Positions 41,491-51,883 of a stretch of DNA of 64,000 bases are shown here, piece after piece. The notes beneath the pieces were generated by a model. The model saw only the letters and a list, made by a program, of their open reading frames with translations. It was not told where the DNA came from and made no database searches. The first letter of the stretch is position 1. The number at the start of each line of letters is the position of its first letter. This DNA comes from Ostreococcus lucimarinus (lineage: Eukaryota). The position numbers and the translations under genes are program-made. The stretch is taken from the NCBI GenBank assembly GCA_000092065.1, contig CP000595.1. One strand, 5' to 3'.

Positions 41491-42738
41491 TTAAGCGTCG
41501 ACGTTATCGGGCGTGCCCGGGGCGGGCGGGGCGTCGGGAGCGACGACGCCGAATTCTTCGGCGCGTTGCGCGACGAATCGAAGGAGGTCGTTGGCGCGCG
41601 CCTCGACGGCGACGGCGGCGTCGGCGTCGGCGAATGATTCCGGTGGGAACATCGTGGACAGTCGATTGAGCATGCGCAGGAGGTGCGTCGCGCCGTACGC
41701 CTCGCTCGGACGCGCGTAGACGGGGTTGTGCCATTCGTCCTTGTACAGCAAGGACGCGTCGAGCGCGGCGTTGAAGGACTCTTCAAAGCCTCGAACGATG
41801 GCGCGCGTGCGCGCGGCGGTGACTCGCTGCGTGGAGGTCTTCGTCCTCGCCGGATCGGCGCGATCGGCGACGAATCGGTCCAGAATGTTCGCGACGTTGA
41901 CTCGAGGGGCGACGTACGCGCGCGGATCGACGCCGCGCGAGTCTTCGTAGTCGCGAAGGAGCGCCTTGCGCAGCGCCGTCGGCACGTTGACGCGAATCGT
42001 CCTCGCGACGCGCTCTTCCTCCGTGAGCTCCGGATCCGCCGCCGAGGGCTGCGCCTTCGCCGCACCGCGCGCCTCCGCGCTCTTCCCGACCGCGCGCTTC
42101 GCGACCGCGCGCGCGGCGTCGCCGCGTCTCGCGCTCGCGCCTCTCGGCGCCGCGTTCGAGCTCGCGCGCGCCGCCGTCGCCGCCGTCGTCTTCGCCCCTC
42201 CCACTCGCCCTTCCTTCCGGTGCTTCGGCGCGATGCTCGCCTTCGCCGTCTCGGCCAAACGCCTTTCCCGCATCCTTCGCTTCGAGACGTGACTCTGTTC
42301 ATTCTTCCACAACCGCCGCCGTTCCCTCGCCTCCGCCTCCGTCTCGTTCGGCGTCGCCGCCGGCGCCTTCCTCCGCTTCCCCCCTCGCGCCTGCTCGACC
42401 GCCCCGTTCGCTCGCGCGCGTTTCCGTTTCTCCCGCGCTTCCGTCGCGTCGAGCGGTCGCAGCGCCGCCGCGTCGACCCACTCGTCGTCCCGTCTCGGGT
42501 GGTGGTACCCGCCGTACCTGACCAAGTACTCGCCTCGGCCGTCGTCTCGCGCCCGCGCGCCGACGATCGTCGCGTTCACCGCGTCGTCGCCCTCCAAACG
42601 AATCGCCTTCGCGCCGAGTTCAAATCCAGAAATCGCTTTCGACGTCGCGCGCGGCGTTCGCGCCGGTCGCGCGCGCGCGGCGACGTCCGGGACCGCGCGC
42701 GTCGCCGCGAGCGCCGCGGCCTCGGCCGCGGCGAGCAT
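41491..42738 (-). CDS. MRG: MRG-family chromatin protein (chromo-barrel + MRG domain; MRG15/Eaf3-like)
   Basis: Chromo-barrel FELGAKAIRLEG...EYLVRYGGYHHPRRDDEWV. C-terminal MRG domain RVNVPTALRKALLRDYE...LLYKDEWHNPVY. Confidence 0.75.
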   Translation of the reverse strand: MLAAAEAAALAATRAVPDVAARARPARTPRATSKAISGFELGAKAIRLEGDDAVNATIVGARARDDGRGEYLVRYGGYHHPRRDDEWVDAAALRPLDATEAREKRKRARANGAVEQARGGKRRKAPAATPNETEAEARERRRLWKNEQSHVSKRRMRERRLAETAKASIAPKHRKEGRVGGAKTTAATAARASSNAAPRGASARRGDAARAVAKRAVGKSAEARGAAKAQPSAADPELTEEERVARTIRVNVPTALRKALLRDYEDSRGVDPRAYVAPRVNVANILDRFVADRADPARTKTSTQRVTAARTRAIVRGFEESFNAALDASLLYKDEWHNPVYARPSEAYGATHLLRMLNRLSTMFPPESFADADAAVAVEARANDLLRFVAQRAEEFGVVAPDAPPAPGTPDNVDA

Positions 42739-42974
42739 CGCGCGTCGAAAACGACGCGACGCGACGCGATGTGGAGATTTGAAATCTTTGAAATCTCGAC
42801 ACTCGAGCGCGCGCCGCGGGACGCGCGAGGCGTCGCGCGCGACGACGGACGCGCGCGCGGGCGCGCGGACGGACGACGCGCGACGCGCGACGCGCGAACG
42901 CGCGGCGCGAGCGACGCACGACGCGAATCATCGGAATCATTCATGACGGTTGGATAACGAACGACCGCGTTCGA

Positions 42975-44474
42975 ATGGCGACGACGACGACGACGCGATG
43001 CGACGACGACGACGGCGCTCGACGCGCGCGGGACGCGCGGGGGAAATTACTGGACGCGCGGGCGCGACGAGACGCCGCGCGCGAGGCGGTGCGAGAGGCG
43101 CTGACGCGACCGAGCGCGACGACGCGGTCGAACGCGGCGACGACGACGGCGCTCGAGGAGGGACGACGACGGCGCGTCGGGGACGCGCGACGCGAGATCG
43201 ACGCGCTGCGGGAGGTTTTGAAGATCGAGCGAGCGGCGCTGGAGGCGGCGCGGACGAGGATCGAGGCGATGGAGGCGACGGAGGCGGAGGCGTACGCGAC
43301 GCTTCGGGACGCCGAGCGCGCGGCGCTCGAGGTGGAGGTGCCGTGCGCCATGGCCGAGGTCGAGCACGAGTTTCGCGCGGTGAGCGCGGCGAGGGCGTTG
43401 GAGACGCGACGGGCGATGGTGAGGCTGCGAGCGCTGCTGCCGGTGAGGATCGATGAGGAACGAGGGAGCCGCGAGGCGCCGCGAGGCGTGCGCGCGTGCG
43501 AGTGGCGAGTGCCGGACGCGATCGACGATCGAGGGTTCGACGCGCACGAACTCGCGGCCGGGTTGGGGGCTTTGATGCATTTCAGCGCGCTCGCGTCGCG
43601 GTATCTCGACGCGCCGCGATTGCACAGAGGATCGCACGCGGCGTCGCAGTCGTACGTGTGGGCGCCGACGAGCGCGTGGGACGACGTCGACTCGTCGGTG
43701 TGGGAGAATAAAGGCACGGTTCACGTTCGTGATTTCGCGGGCGTGAATTCAGAGCGTTTGGAGCTATTTCTACCGCGCGCGGTCGTCGAAGGATCGTGCG
43801 ATCCCGCGTCGGTTCGCGAGAGCAGACTGCGGCTCAAGCGAGCGATTCGACTGTTGACGAGATCCGTCTCGGTCATGTGCGCGCACCAATCGCGAGAGTG
43901 CGGCGTGATCGCGCCGCCTAATTGGGGACCATTTTCTCAACTGTGTGCGCTCACTTCGGCGGTGGCGAAAGGAGAAGAGACGACGACGACGGCGCCGCAA
44001 CGCGCGCCCGCGCGGCGACAAACGCCGCCACAAATTTTGCGCACCTCCACGAACGATCGCCGCCGCGAGTCCGTGGAGAGTTTTGAATCACGAGACATGG
44101 TTCAACCCGTAACAGACGGCGCGCACCGCGGCGATGTGGTTAAACGCGCGGTGTCGTCGACAATAGCGGAAATTTCGCGAAACCATTGGTTTTCCGCTCA
44201 CGCGTCGACGCCGCGAGAATCCAACGCGATCGTCGACGACGACGAGTTGCTTTTTGAGACTTTAAACGCCGGTGATTTCTTCATCGATCACGATTCAGTG
44301 GACGATATCGGTGGCTGGGAGGCGATTCACGGCAATCGTTTGCGCCCAGCGGCGGTCGAAGACGCCGTCGCCCCAGTCTCGAACCGCGGCCTCGTCTTAC
44401 CGCCACCACCCAGCGCGGTGGACGACATAGAGCATTGGGAGCGCGCCATGCTGGTGGATAATGCTGGTGGATAA
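42975..44474 (+). CDS. Hypothetical coiled-coil protein
   Basis: 499-aa ORF with an N-terminal coiled-coil-like region and a non-repetitive C-terminal half. No recognisable domain. Confidence 0.35.
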   Translation: MATTTTTRCDDDDGARRARDARGKLLDARARRDAAREAVREALTRPSATTRSNAATTTALEEGRRRRVGDARREIDALREVLKIERAALEAARTRIEAMEATEAEAYATLRDAERAALEVEVPCAMAEVEHEFRAVSAARALETRRAMVRLRALLPVRIDEERGSREAPRGVRACEWRVPDAIDDRGFDAHELAAGLGALMHFSALASRYLDAPRLHRGSHAASQSYVWAPTSAWDDVDSSVWENKGTVHVRDFAGVNSERLELFLPRAVVEGSCDPASVRESRLRLKRAIRLLTRSVSVMCAHQSRECGVIAPPNWGPFSQLCALTSAVAKGEETTTTAPQRAPARRQTPPQILRTSTNDRRRESVESFESRDMVQPVTDGAHRGDVVKRAVSSTIAEISRNHWFSAHASTPRESNAIVDDDELLFETLNAGDFFIDHDSVDDIGGWEAIHGNRLRPAAVEDAVAPVSNRGLVLPPPPSAVDDIEHWERAMLVDNAGG

Positions 44475-44555
44475 CCAGTCAAGTTGTTGAACGGCGCGTG
44501 CGATTGTAATTCTACGATGTACACTACATTTCACTCGCGCCGAACGAAGCGTCTT

Positions 44556-45276
44556 TTACGACTTCACCAGACTCAAAATCTCCTCCACCCGCGCCCGCGT
44601 CTGCGCCAACGAGCACGACGTATCGATCACGTAATCCGCCTTCGCCCTCTTCTCCGCGTCCGGGATCTGACGCGCCGCGATCCCATTAAACTTCTCCTCC
44701 GTCATCCCGTCGCGTTTCAACACGCGCGCCCGCTGCGTCGCCTCGTCTCCCGTGCTCACCACGCACACCGCATCCACGCTCGCCTCGTACTCTTTCTCGT
44801 ACAACAACGGAATATCAAACACCACCACGTCATCGTTCGCGTGCGCCTCGACGAACGCCTCTCTCGCGCGTTCCACCAGCGGGTGCACCGCCGACTCGAG
44901 CGCGCGCATCTTCGCGTCGTCCCCGATGACGATCGCCCCGAGCTTCGCGCGGTCAATCGCCCCCGTCGCGGCGTCTAAGACGCCATCACCGAACATCTCG
45001 GCCACGACGGCGACGGCGGCGCCGTCGGGGGCGTATAAATCGTACACGACCTGCGCGCGGGACGACGAGCGGGACGGTTGGGTCAGCGCGCGGCTTCTCT
45101 CGAGTCTTCGACGCGTCGCGAAAGGGCGACGTCGACGCGAGCGCACGCGCGAAGGCTCGACGCACCGCGTCGGCGTCCATGACGGCCACACCGAGGTCGC
45201 GAAACATGGCGGCGACGGTGGACTTGCCCATGCCTATGGAGCCGGTGAGCCCGAGTCGCGTCGTCGAGCGCGACAT
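44556..45276 (-). CDS. COAE: Dephospho-CoA kinase (CoaE), two exons: 45276..45166 and 45050..44556. Intron 45165..45051.
   Basis: P-loop LGLTGSIGMGKSTVAAMF...VMDADA|GTGCGTC donor. After the cgcgcag acceptor, VVYDLYAPDG...GAIDRAKLGAIV...HPLV. The track splits this into two ORFs in different frames, and the junction is frame-anchored to both. Confidence 0.8.
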
Positions 45277-45478
45277 GACGACGCGCGCGCGACTATGAGC
45301 GCGCGAGAGACGCGCGATGCGCGCGAGGGTTCGAGTTATGCGCGTCGTCGACGTCGTGGGCGCTCGCGATCGATCGGTCGAACCGACGCGCATGCGCCGA
45401 GCGAGGCGCGTTGTGGCGCGCGGCGGCGCGCGCTTCTCAAATCGACGAAATCATCACAAACTCAAAGCTCGCGCTAGT

Positions 45479-45922
45479 TTACTTCTTGGCGAAGCCGAGA
45501 CCGTTATCCTCGGCGTAACGCGCCATGAATCGCATGAATCTGTCCCAATCTCTCTCCGTCTTCATCACGTATCGCGCCTCGATGCCGCTCGGTTTACCGT
45601 TGATGAACTTCGCGTTGACGTCCACCGTGCTCATCTCTCCCTCCTCGTCGTTCAGGAACATCCCCGTGATGTCACCTTGACCGTTTTCAAACACATCCGG
45701 TTCGGCGAAGATGAAGAACGCCGTGCCGTTGGAGCCGTCCTTGCTTCGCGTGAGTTTCACTTCGGGGACCGAGGTTTCGTTTTGACCCTTGACGAACTGA
45801 ATCGACGTCGTCCCCGCGCGCGTCACCGCGCGCGACGCGCGAGTCGCGCGCGCGACGCCGCGGTTCATCGTGGACGGTCTGTGGGCGATCATCGCCCGAG
45901 AGGCGAGCGTTTGCGCGTGCAT
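45479..45922 (-). CDS. PSB28: Photosystem II assembly protein Psb28 (plastid-targeted)
   Basis: Mature part [38 protein letters not shown]...[58 protein letters not shown] is co-linear with Psb28. ATG at 45922. The track ORF uses an upstream TTG. Confidence 0.9.
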   Translation of the reverse strand: MHAQTLASRAMIAHRPSTMNRGVARATRASRAVTRAGTTSIQFVKGQNETSVPEVKLTRSKDGSNGTAFFIFAEPDVFENGQGDITGMFLNDEEGEMSTVDVNAKFINGKPSGIEARYVMKTERDWDRFMRFMARYAEDNGLGFAKK

Positions 45923-46227
45923 CGCGCGGTTCGTTCGCGGCGAATGGGACAAAGTTGCGTGACGTCGACGGTCGTTTCGACGGTCGTGCGGCGCGCGCGA
46001 GCGGTCGTGCGGCGGTTTCGCGGGCCGTGTGCGCGCGCGGAAGGTCGGTCGCGAAGACTGCGCTTCGCGGGCGAGATCGGCGGTCGTGCGAGCGCGCGCG
46101 TCGATGTGCGGCGAGTGGGCGCGTTATCCAGAGGCGTCTCGGCGCGTGGCGTCGCGGCGAAGTGATATTGAAATGAATGTGCGCGTGCGCGCGAAATTGC
46201 GTGAGTCGATCGTCGTCGATGCGCTCG

Positions 46228-47601
46228 CTAGTCGTTGCGCCCGTCGACGACGCCGGCGTCGTCTCTGAAATTATCTTGAAGCTTGTCCAGACGCTTGGCC
46301 ACCTTTTCGAGCTGTCGCTGTTCCTTTTTGGTGAGCGTCGAGTTTTTATCATCCTTTGTGACGAAACCGGCGGGACGGCCCGGACCGGAGTTGACGAGAC
46401 CGCTCTCGAGCCGTCGAAGCTTCTCTTCCAGAGTCACGGCCTCGGTGGTGAAGAAGGATTCGATCCGTTTGACGTCTTTTTCGATGTCTTTTTCGATCAC
46501 CTCGGCGTCGTCGACGAGGGTGTCGAGATCCGTCGGCTTGGTGAGCTTGAGCTCGGGGGCGGGCTTGCACGAATTATCGGTGATGACGAAGTCGCTCCAC
46601 TTCACGCCCACCTTTTTGGACGCGGCTTCGAGATCGGGGATCCACTCTGGCTTGAGATCGGGCGTCGTCGCGTACACCGTGGCGCCGCCGTATCCGTCCC
46701 ACGCGTCGTTGGTACCGCGATAGTAAATGTACACCCACTCCCCTTCCTTGTACGCGGGGATGTACCAATCGTCTTGATAGTGCAACATCACGTTCCCGTT
46801 GTTGTGCAAGATGGCTTTACCGTCGGGTTCTTGGTAAAATCTCTGCACGTCGTTGCGTTCGTAGAATTGCCCATTCGGCCGGTTCACGCGCCAGTTAATC
46901 TTAATGTACATCTTCCCATCGTCTCCTTTGTCGAAAAAGTGTTCTTGGCAATCGAAGGTGTCAAAGTCCTTATTCAATCCGGCGACGATGTACCAGCGCT
47001 TTTCCTTCACCATGGTGTCGATCGTGAATCCATCCGCGAGCGCGTCGAACGGCGGCACAGGATACGTTCCGTCGTCCTTTCGCTGCGCCACGCACGACTT
47101 CTCCGTCACCGCGCACGTGTTGAACGTCCCGACCGCTTGCGAGGCGTACAAATCACCGCATCGAATCTGACAGTCCCCCTCGTCCGGCTGTCCGAAGCAT
47201 CCCTGCAGGCACACCAAATCTTCCAAACACTTTTCATCCGTCACGCACTTCGCGAGCTCCTTCCCGCAGTTTTGCAACAAACACGCCCCCGTGTCCTTCA
47301 TCTCCGCCTGCTTCGCCGCGCTCACCGCCAGCGCGCTTCCCGGCGCCACCGTCATCGCCGACGCCGCGATCGCGACGGCGGCGAGCGCGCTCGCCGCGCC
47401 TCGCGCGACGTCGCCCAGCGCCGTCGTCCCGTCGTCCCGCGCGCCGTCGTCCCGCATCGCCGCGCGCGCCCGCGAGATCGGCGTCCGCGTCACCGCGCGC
47501 GCCTTCGACCCCTTCCGCGCGCTCGCCGATCGCGCGCTCGCCGCGCGCGACCGCGAAAACATCGCGCCGTCGATCGCCCGCATCGCCGCGACCGTCGCCA
47601 T
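46228..47601 (-). CDS. VDE: Violaxanthin de-epoxidase (lumenal lipocalin)
   Basis: Cys-rich N-domain CLLQNCGKELAKCVTDEKCLEDLVCLQGC...CQIRCGDL. Lipocalin domain WYIVAGLNKDFDTFDCQ...HYQDDWYI...YYRGTNDAWDGYGGATVY. Glu-rich C-terminus. ATG at 47601 (MATVAAMRAIDG...) inside a longer track ORF. Confidence 0.9.
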   Translation of the reverse strand: MATVAAMRAIDGAMFSRSRAASARSASARKGSKARAVTRTPISRARAAMRDDGARDDGTTALGDVARGAASALAAVAIAASAMTVAPGSALAVSAAKQAEMKDTGACLLQNCGKELAKCVTDEKCLEDLVCLQGCFGQPDEGDCQIRCGDLYASQAVGTFNTCAVTEKSCVAQRKDDGTYPVPPFDALADGFTIDTMVKEKRWYIVAGLNKDFDTFDCQEHFFDKGDDGKMYIKINWRVNRPNGQFYERNDVQRFYQEPDGKAILHNNGNVMLHYQDDWYIPAYKEGEWVYIYYRGTNDAWDGYGGATVYATTPDLKPEWIPDLEAASKKVGVKWSDFVITDNSCKPAPELKLTKPTDLDTLVDDAEVIEKDIEKDVKRIESFFTTEAVTLEEKLRRLESGLVNSGPGRPAGFVTKDDKNSTLTKKEQRQLEKVAKRLDKLQDNFRDDAGVVDGRND

Positions 47602-47839
47602 TCGCCTCGTCCCTCGCGTCCTCGCGCCGCGTTCGACCCTTTCGGCGCGCCGACGCGCCTCGCGCGCGCGCTCGCGCGTTCCCGCGCGCGCTCGCGGCGT
47701 CTCGCGCGCTCGCGGCGCGTTTTGCGGCGCCGCGCGCGTCGCCGCGAACGGATAAGACGACCCGCGATCGCCGCACACGCGCGCGCGCCGTCGTCGCTCG
47801 CGCCGAGCGCGCGCGTCGCGACGGCTCGTCGCACGCGCC
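47602..47839. promoter_or_regulatory. Shared divergent intergenic region (putative bidirectional promoter) between VDE (-) and ZEP (+)
   Basis: Head-to-head start codons at 47601 and 47840, only 238 bp apart. Confidence 0.5.
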
Positions 47840-49486
47840 ATGCGCTCGACCGTCGCGCCGTCGCGCGCGACCGCCGCGCGCGCGACGCCGGCGCCGTCCC
47901 CGCGCGCGGTGCGCTCGACCGCGGCGTCGCGTCCCGCGCGCGCGCCGCGCGCGATCGTCGCGCGCGCGCGACCGCGCGACCGCGCGCGAGCGCCGCGCGG
48001 ACTCGCGCGCGCGCGCGCGGTCTCGGACGACGTCGCGATCGACGCGACGAAGCCCAAGGTGCTGGTCGCCGGCGGCGGGATCGCGGGGCTCGTCGCGGCG
48101 GCGGCGTGCCGACGCAAGGGCATGGAGGTCAGGGTGTTCGAGAAGGTGAAAAAGTACGAACCGTTCGGTGGACCGATTCAGCTGCAGTGCAACGCGCAGG
48201 GAGCGCTGGATTCGATCGATCCCGCGATGGCGGAGGCGGTGACGGCGAAGGGGACGATCACGGGCGATCGCGTCAACGGGTTGCTGGACGGCGTGAGCGG
48301 GGAGTGGTTCTATCGGTTCGACACGAGAAAACCGTGCCATGATAATGGATTGCCGCTGACGCTGGTGCTGTCGAGGTTCGAACTGCTGGACATACTGTCG
48401 AACGGGGTCGGGGCGGAGAACATCGAGATGGGGACGGTGGTGGAGAGGTACGAACACAGGGGCGAAAAGGTGGTGGCGACGCTCACGGACGGACGAGAGT
48501 TCGAGGGAGACGTGCTGATCGGGGCGGATGGGATTCGGTCCAAGCTTCGGGCGCAGATGCGCGGCGCGGATCCGGAGAAGCCGCCGCTCGCGTACGCGGG
48601 CTACGCGGTGTACACGGCGGTGTGCAAGTACTCGCAGCCGCATCGAGAGCCCCAGCACACGGACCCGAACAAGGTCGGCTACCAAGTCTTCCTCGGTCCG
48701 AAGCAATACTTCGTCTCGTCGGACGTCGGGAACGGCGAACAGCAGTACTATGCCTTCTTGGAAGTGCCTCCGGGCGGGGACGACGAGTTCGCCAAGTGCG
48801 AAAAGTGGGAAAACTATCGCGAGATGCTCATGGACCGCTTCAGCGGCTGGGCGCCGGCGGTCATGGAGCGTCTCGAGTGCACGCGACCGGAAGACGTCGA
48901 GCGCCGCGACGTGAACGATATTCTCCCCGATCCTCGCTGGGTCGACGGTCGCATGGCGTTGCTCGGCGATTCCGCGCACGCGGTGCAACCGAACCTCGGC
49001 CAAGGCGGCGGCCAAGCCATCGAGAGCGCGTACGTCTTGGCGGATGAGCTTTCCAAGTGCGAGGGCGGCAAGGGCGTGCAGAACGCGTTGATGGCGTACG
49101 CGTCTCGTCGATTCTTGCGCACGGCCTCCATTCACGGCTTGTCGCGATTCTCGTCGTTGATGAATACGTTTTACCGACGACACCTCGGCGACGAACCGTA
49201 CGACTGGTACCCCGAGCCGGTCAAAAACATGTGGAACACCGTCGCCAAGGCGAAGATTCCGCACCCTGGCTCAGTGATCGGTCAAATCGCGCTCATCGGC
49301 ACCATGCCCATCATTTTAGAGTACGTCGGCGCCGGTTACGGCTTGCCCGGCGTCTTGGGCGGCGCGTCGACGGGCAACGGCAAGGATCGCGTTCCGCGCT
49401 CCCAAGTCCCGGGCATCTCCGCCCCTCTTCGAGACTTGACCGCCGAAGATTTCAAGATGCGTGGCATTCCCGGTTTCGCCAAGTGA
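47840..49486 (+). CDS. ZEP: Zeaxanthin epoxidase (FAD monooxygenase; no FHA domain)
   Basis: VLVAGGGIAGLVAAAACRRKGMEVRVFEK, GADGIRSKLR, YQVFLGPKQYFVSSDVGNGEQQYYAF and LLGDSAHAVQPNLGQGG are co-linear with plant ZEP/ABA1. Transit-like N-terminus. Stop at 49484-49486 lies before where the plant FHA domain would start. Confidence 0.9.
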   Translation: MRSTVAPSRATAARATPAPSPRAVRSTAASRPARAPRAIVARARPRDRARAPRGLARARAVSDDVAIDATKPKVLVAGGGIAGLVAAAACRRKGMEVRVFEKVKKYEPFGGPIQLQCNAQGALDSIDPAMAEAVTAKGTITGDRVNGLLDGVSGEWFYRFDTRKPCHDNGLPLTLVLSRFELLDILSNGVGAENIEMGTVVERYEHRGEKVVATLTDGREFEGDVLIGADGIRSKLRAQMRGADPEKPPLAYAGYAVYTAVCKYSQPHREPQHTDPNKVGYQVFLGPKQYFVSSDVGNGEQQYYAFLEVPPGGDDEFAKCEKWENYREMLMDRFSGWAPAVMERLECTRPEDVERRDVNDILPDPRWVDGRMALLGDSAHAVQPNLGQGGGQAIESAYVLADELSKCEGGKGVQNALMAYASRRFLRTASIHGLSRFSSLMNTFYRRHLGDEPYDWYPEPVKNMWNTVAKAKIPHPGSVIGQIALIGTMPIILEYVGAGYGLPGVLGGASTGNGKDRVPRSQVPGISAPLRDLTAEDFKMRGIPGFAK

Positions 49487-49745
49487 TCGCCACGCACCGG
49501 CGCGATCGATCCATCGATTCGCCGCCGACGAAGAGCGACGCCTCGCGTCGACTCAACCCACACCACCGCCGCTGTACCATCAAACGTCACCATCTCACGT
49601 TGAAGAACGTCTGAATTCACGAACAAAGACATTTACCGTACTGAACTATTATTAATAACCACGACGACACATCGTATCGCTCGGCGCGCCGCTCGCTCGA
49701 CGCGCCGCTCGCTCGACGCGTCCGCAGAGCGCGACGCCGATCCGC

Positions 49746-50831
49746 ATGCCTCCTCTCCCGCGCCGCCGCGCCGCGCGCGCGCGCGTCCGCGCGCGCGCCC
49801 GCGCGTCCGCGCGCGCGTTCGTCCTCGCTCTGCTGTCGCGCGCGCGCCCGAGCGCGTCGTCGGCGCGAACGTCCAAGATCGGTGCCCTGCGCGAGTGCGT
49901 CGACGCGTCTCGCTCGCAGCGGCGCCTGTGCGGCGCGTCCGCCGCCGTGGTGCTCGGTCAGAACGTCTACGTCGCGTCGTCGCGCGCGGACGCGGTGACG
50001 GTGATCGACGCGAGCGATCCCGAGGCGATGCGGGTCGCCGGGAGCGCGGCGAGCTTCGGCGGCATGCGACGACCGACGGATTTGCACCTGCACGCGTCGC
50101 AGAGCTACGTCGCGGTGCTCGCGACCGGTGACGTGCAGACGAAAAAGTCGAGCGTCGTCGTCGTGGACGTGAGCGCGTCGAGGTGGTCGGCGGACGGGAC
50201 GACGATTACGCCGACGATGGCGGCGAGCGGACACAACTGCACGGCGACGGAGAAGGGAGGACGGACGTTTTACGACGGATACCTGTGCGGCGCGACGGCT
50301 TTCGCGATCGTGGGTAATTTGGCGTACGTCGCGTGCGGAGACACGAATCGGTTGACGGTGATGTCGCTGCCGAGCGACGTCAGCAAGACGGCGCTCGAAC
50401 CGGTGGCGGTGGTGGGGACGATTCAGAGCGAGGAGTTGACGAACGCGGAAGCCATCATGGTGGCGAATAATAAGGCGTACGTGCGATCGGATGGTGTTTG
50501 TGGGTCGTGCGTGGCCGTGGTGGACGTCACGAGCGCGTCTTCGATGTCGATGTTGGCCACGAAGGACATTTCTGAGATTTCATCCGACGTCCCGACGTGG
50601 CGATGGTCGACGGGATATTTAGCGCGCGGCGCGCACAGAGACAACGCGTCGTACCCGTACGATTGGGTAGTAGATCCCGTGAGTTCGAGCGTGACGAGCG
50701 TGGCGAGGGAATGCGTGAATGTGGCGCTCGCAATAGGCGATACGCCCGCGGCGTGCGTCGGACGGAACGAATTCGCTTACGACGCCGACGCCGAGACGAG
50801 CGCGTTCAATTTCGACTTGTTGACGTCTTAG
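49746..50831 (+). CDS. Hypothetical secreted repeat protein
   Basis: 361-aa ORF with a signal-like hydrophobic N-terminus and repeated xYVAxxxxDxVTVxD-like motifs. Family not recognised. Confidence 0.35.
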   Translation: MPPLPRRRAARARVRARARASARAFVLALLSRARPSASSARTSKIGALRECVDASRSQRRLCGASAAVVLGQNVYVASSRADAVTVIDASDPEAMRVAGSAASFGGMRRPTDLHLHASQSYVAVLATGDVQTKKSSVVVVDVSASRWSADGTTITPTMAASGHNCTATEKGGRTFYDGYLCGATAFAIVGNLAYVACGDTNRLTVMSLPSDVSKTALEPVAVVGTIQSEELTNAEAIMVANNKAYVRSDGVCGSCVAVVDVTSASSMSMLATKDISEISSDVPTWRWSTGYLARGAHRDNASYPYDWVVDPVSSSVTSVARECVNVALAIGDTPAACVGRNEFAYDADAETSAFNFDLLTS

Positions 50832-50898
50832 GTACCGATAGCTATAGCTATAGATTTTGTAGATTTTGTTACAGAACGATTGTAGTATTAGGTGTGTT

Positions 50899-51816
50899 CT
50901 ACGCGATTTTCTCCAAGAGCTCGGGCGAGGCGGCGCGAATCAACGTCGGGTTCGGCAGGAACAAAAGCCGCATCCCGCCGACTTCGATGAGCGTATGCGG
51001 CGCCAAAATGCACCGCTGCCCCGTGGTGAGCGGAGAGTTATTGCACCAAATCGGTCGTCTTCCGACGTTACGAAGCGCGAACTCGCCGTTCCAACGAAGC
51101 TTCAAGAAGGCTTGCTGTCGAGAAATCTTGCTCGCGTTTCCCTCCGACCCCAAGTCCACGTCCACCTTCAAATCCTCCGTCGACCGTCCGATGACGCAGT
51201 CCCGCTTCGCGATCTCAAACGTCACGTTCGCCCCCACGAGTTCCGCCAGCGCTCCCTTGGCCGTGGCCAACCGCGCCGTCGCCGCCTGCGCGCTCCGCTC
51301 CAACGCTTTGATTTTCTTCAGCGTCGTCGCGTTCGCCCCTCGCCCGACCTCCCTCTTCGCCTTCGCCTTCGTCTCCGCCGCCCGTCCCGCCTCGGTGCGC
51401 TCCACGAGATCGCTTCTCAATATCGCCTGCTCGGCGCGCGAAAACCTCGGCGGGGCGCCGTCGTCGCTCTCCGGCTCCGTCTCCGCGCCGCCGTCCCGGC
51501 GCCGCGACGTCCCCAGCCCCGCGCGTTCGAGCACCTCCCGCAGCGTCGCCCCTCGCGGCGCCACTCGCTGCGCGATCGCGCGCTCTATCTCATCGTCCCG
51601 CACCTCGGCGAGCCTTCGGACGCACGCGCGCGCGAAGGCGTCGTCGCGGAGCATCGAATTCCAGCGCGCGCGCACGTCGTCGAGCGTCCTCACCGACGCG
51701 AATTTCACGCACGAATCCGCGCCGACGAGCGATTCGAGGGCGACGCCGCTCTCGCACGCGAGTTTTAACAGGTAGTCATCGATCGCGGGCCAACGCGAGA
51801 GGTCGGGGTCGGGCAT
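50899..51816 (-). CDS. MCRS1: Microspherule protein 1 (MCRS1)-like FHA-domain protein
   Basis: C-terminal FHA domain VTFEIAKRDCVIGRSTEDLKVDVDLGSEGNASKISRQQAFLKLRWNGEFALRNVGRRPIW..LIEVGGMRLLFLPN is co-linear with the MCRS1 FHA. ATG at 51816. The track ORF uses an upstream TTG. Confidence 0.65.
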   Translation of the reverse strand: MPDPDLSRWPAIDDYLLKLACESGVALESLVGADSCVKFASVRTLDDVRARWNSMLRDDAFARACVRRLAEVRDDEIERAIAQRVAPRGATLREVLERAGLGTSRRRDGGAETEPESDDGAPPRFSRAEQAILRSDLVERTEAGRAAETKAKAKREVGRGANATTLKKIKALERSAQAATARLATAKGALAELVGANVTFEIAKRDCVIGRSTEDLKVDVDLGSEGNASKISRQQAFLKLRWNGEFALRNVGRRPIWCNNSPLTTGQRCILAPHTLIEVGGMRLLFLPNPTLIRAASPELLEKIA

Positions 51817-51883
51817 CGCGCGCGAGTGAGGGATTCGATGTGACAAGGACGCGCCGCGGGACGGCGACGCCGCGCGGCGACGG

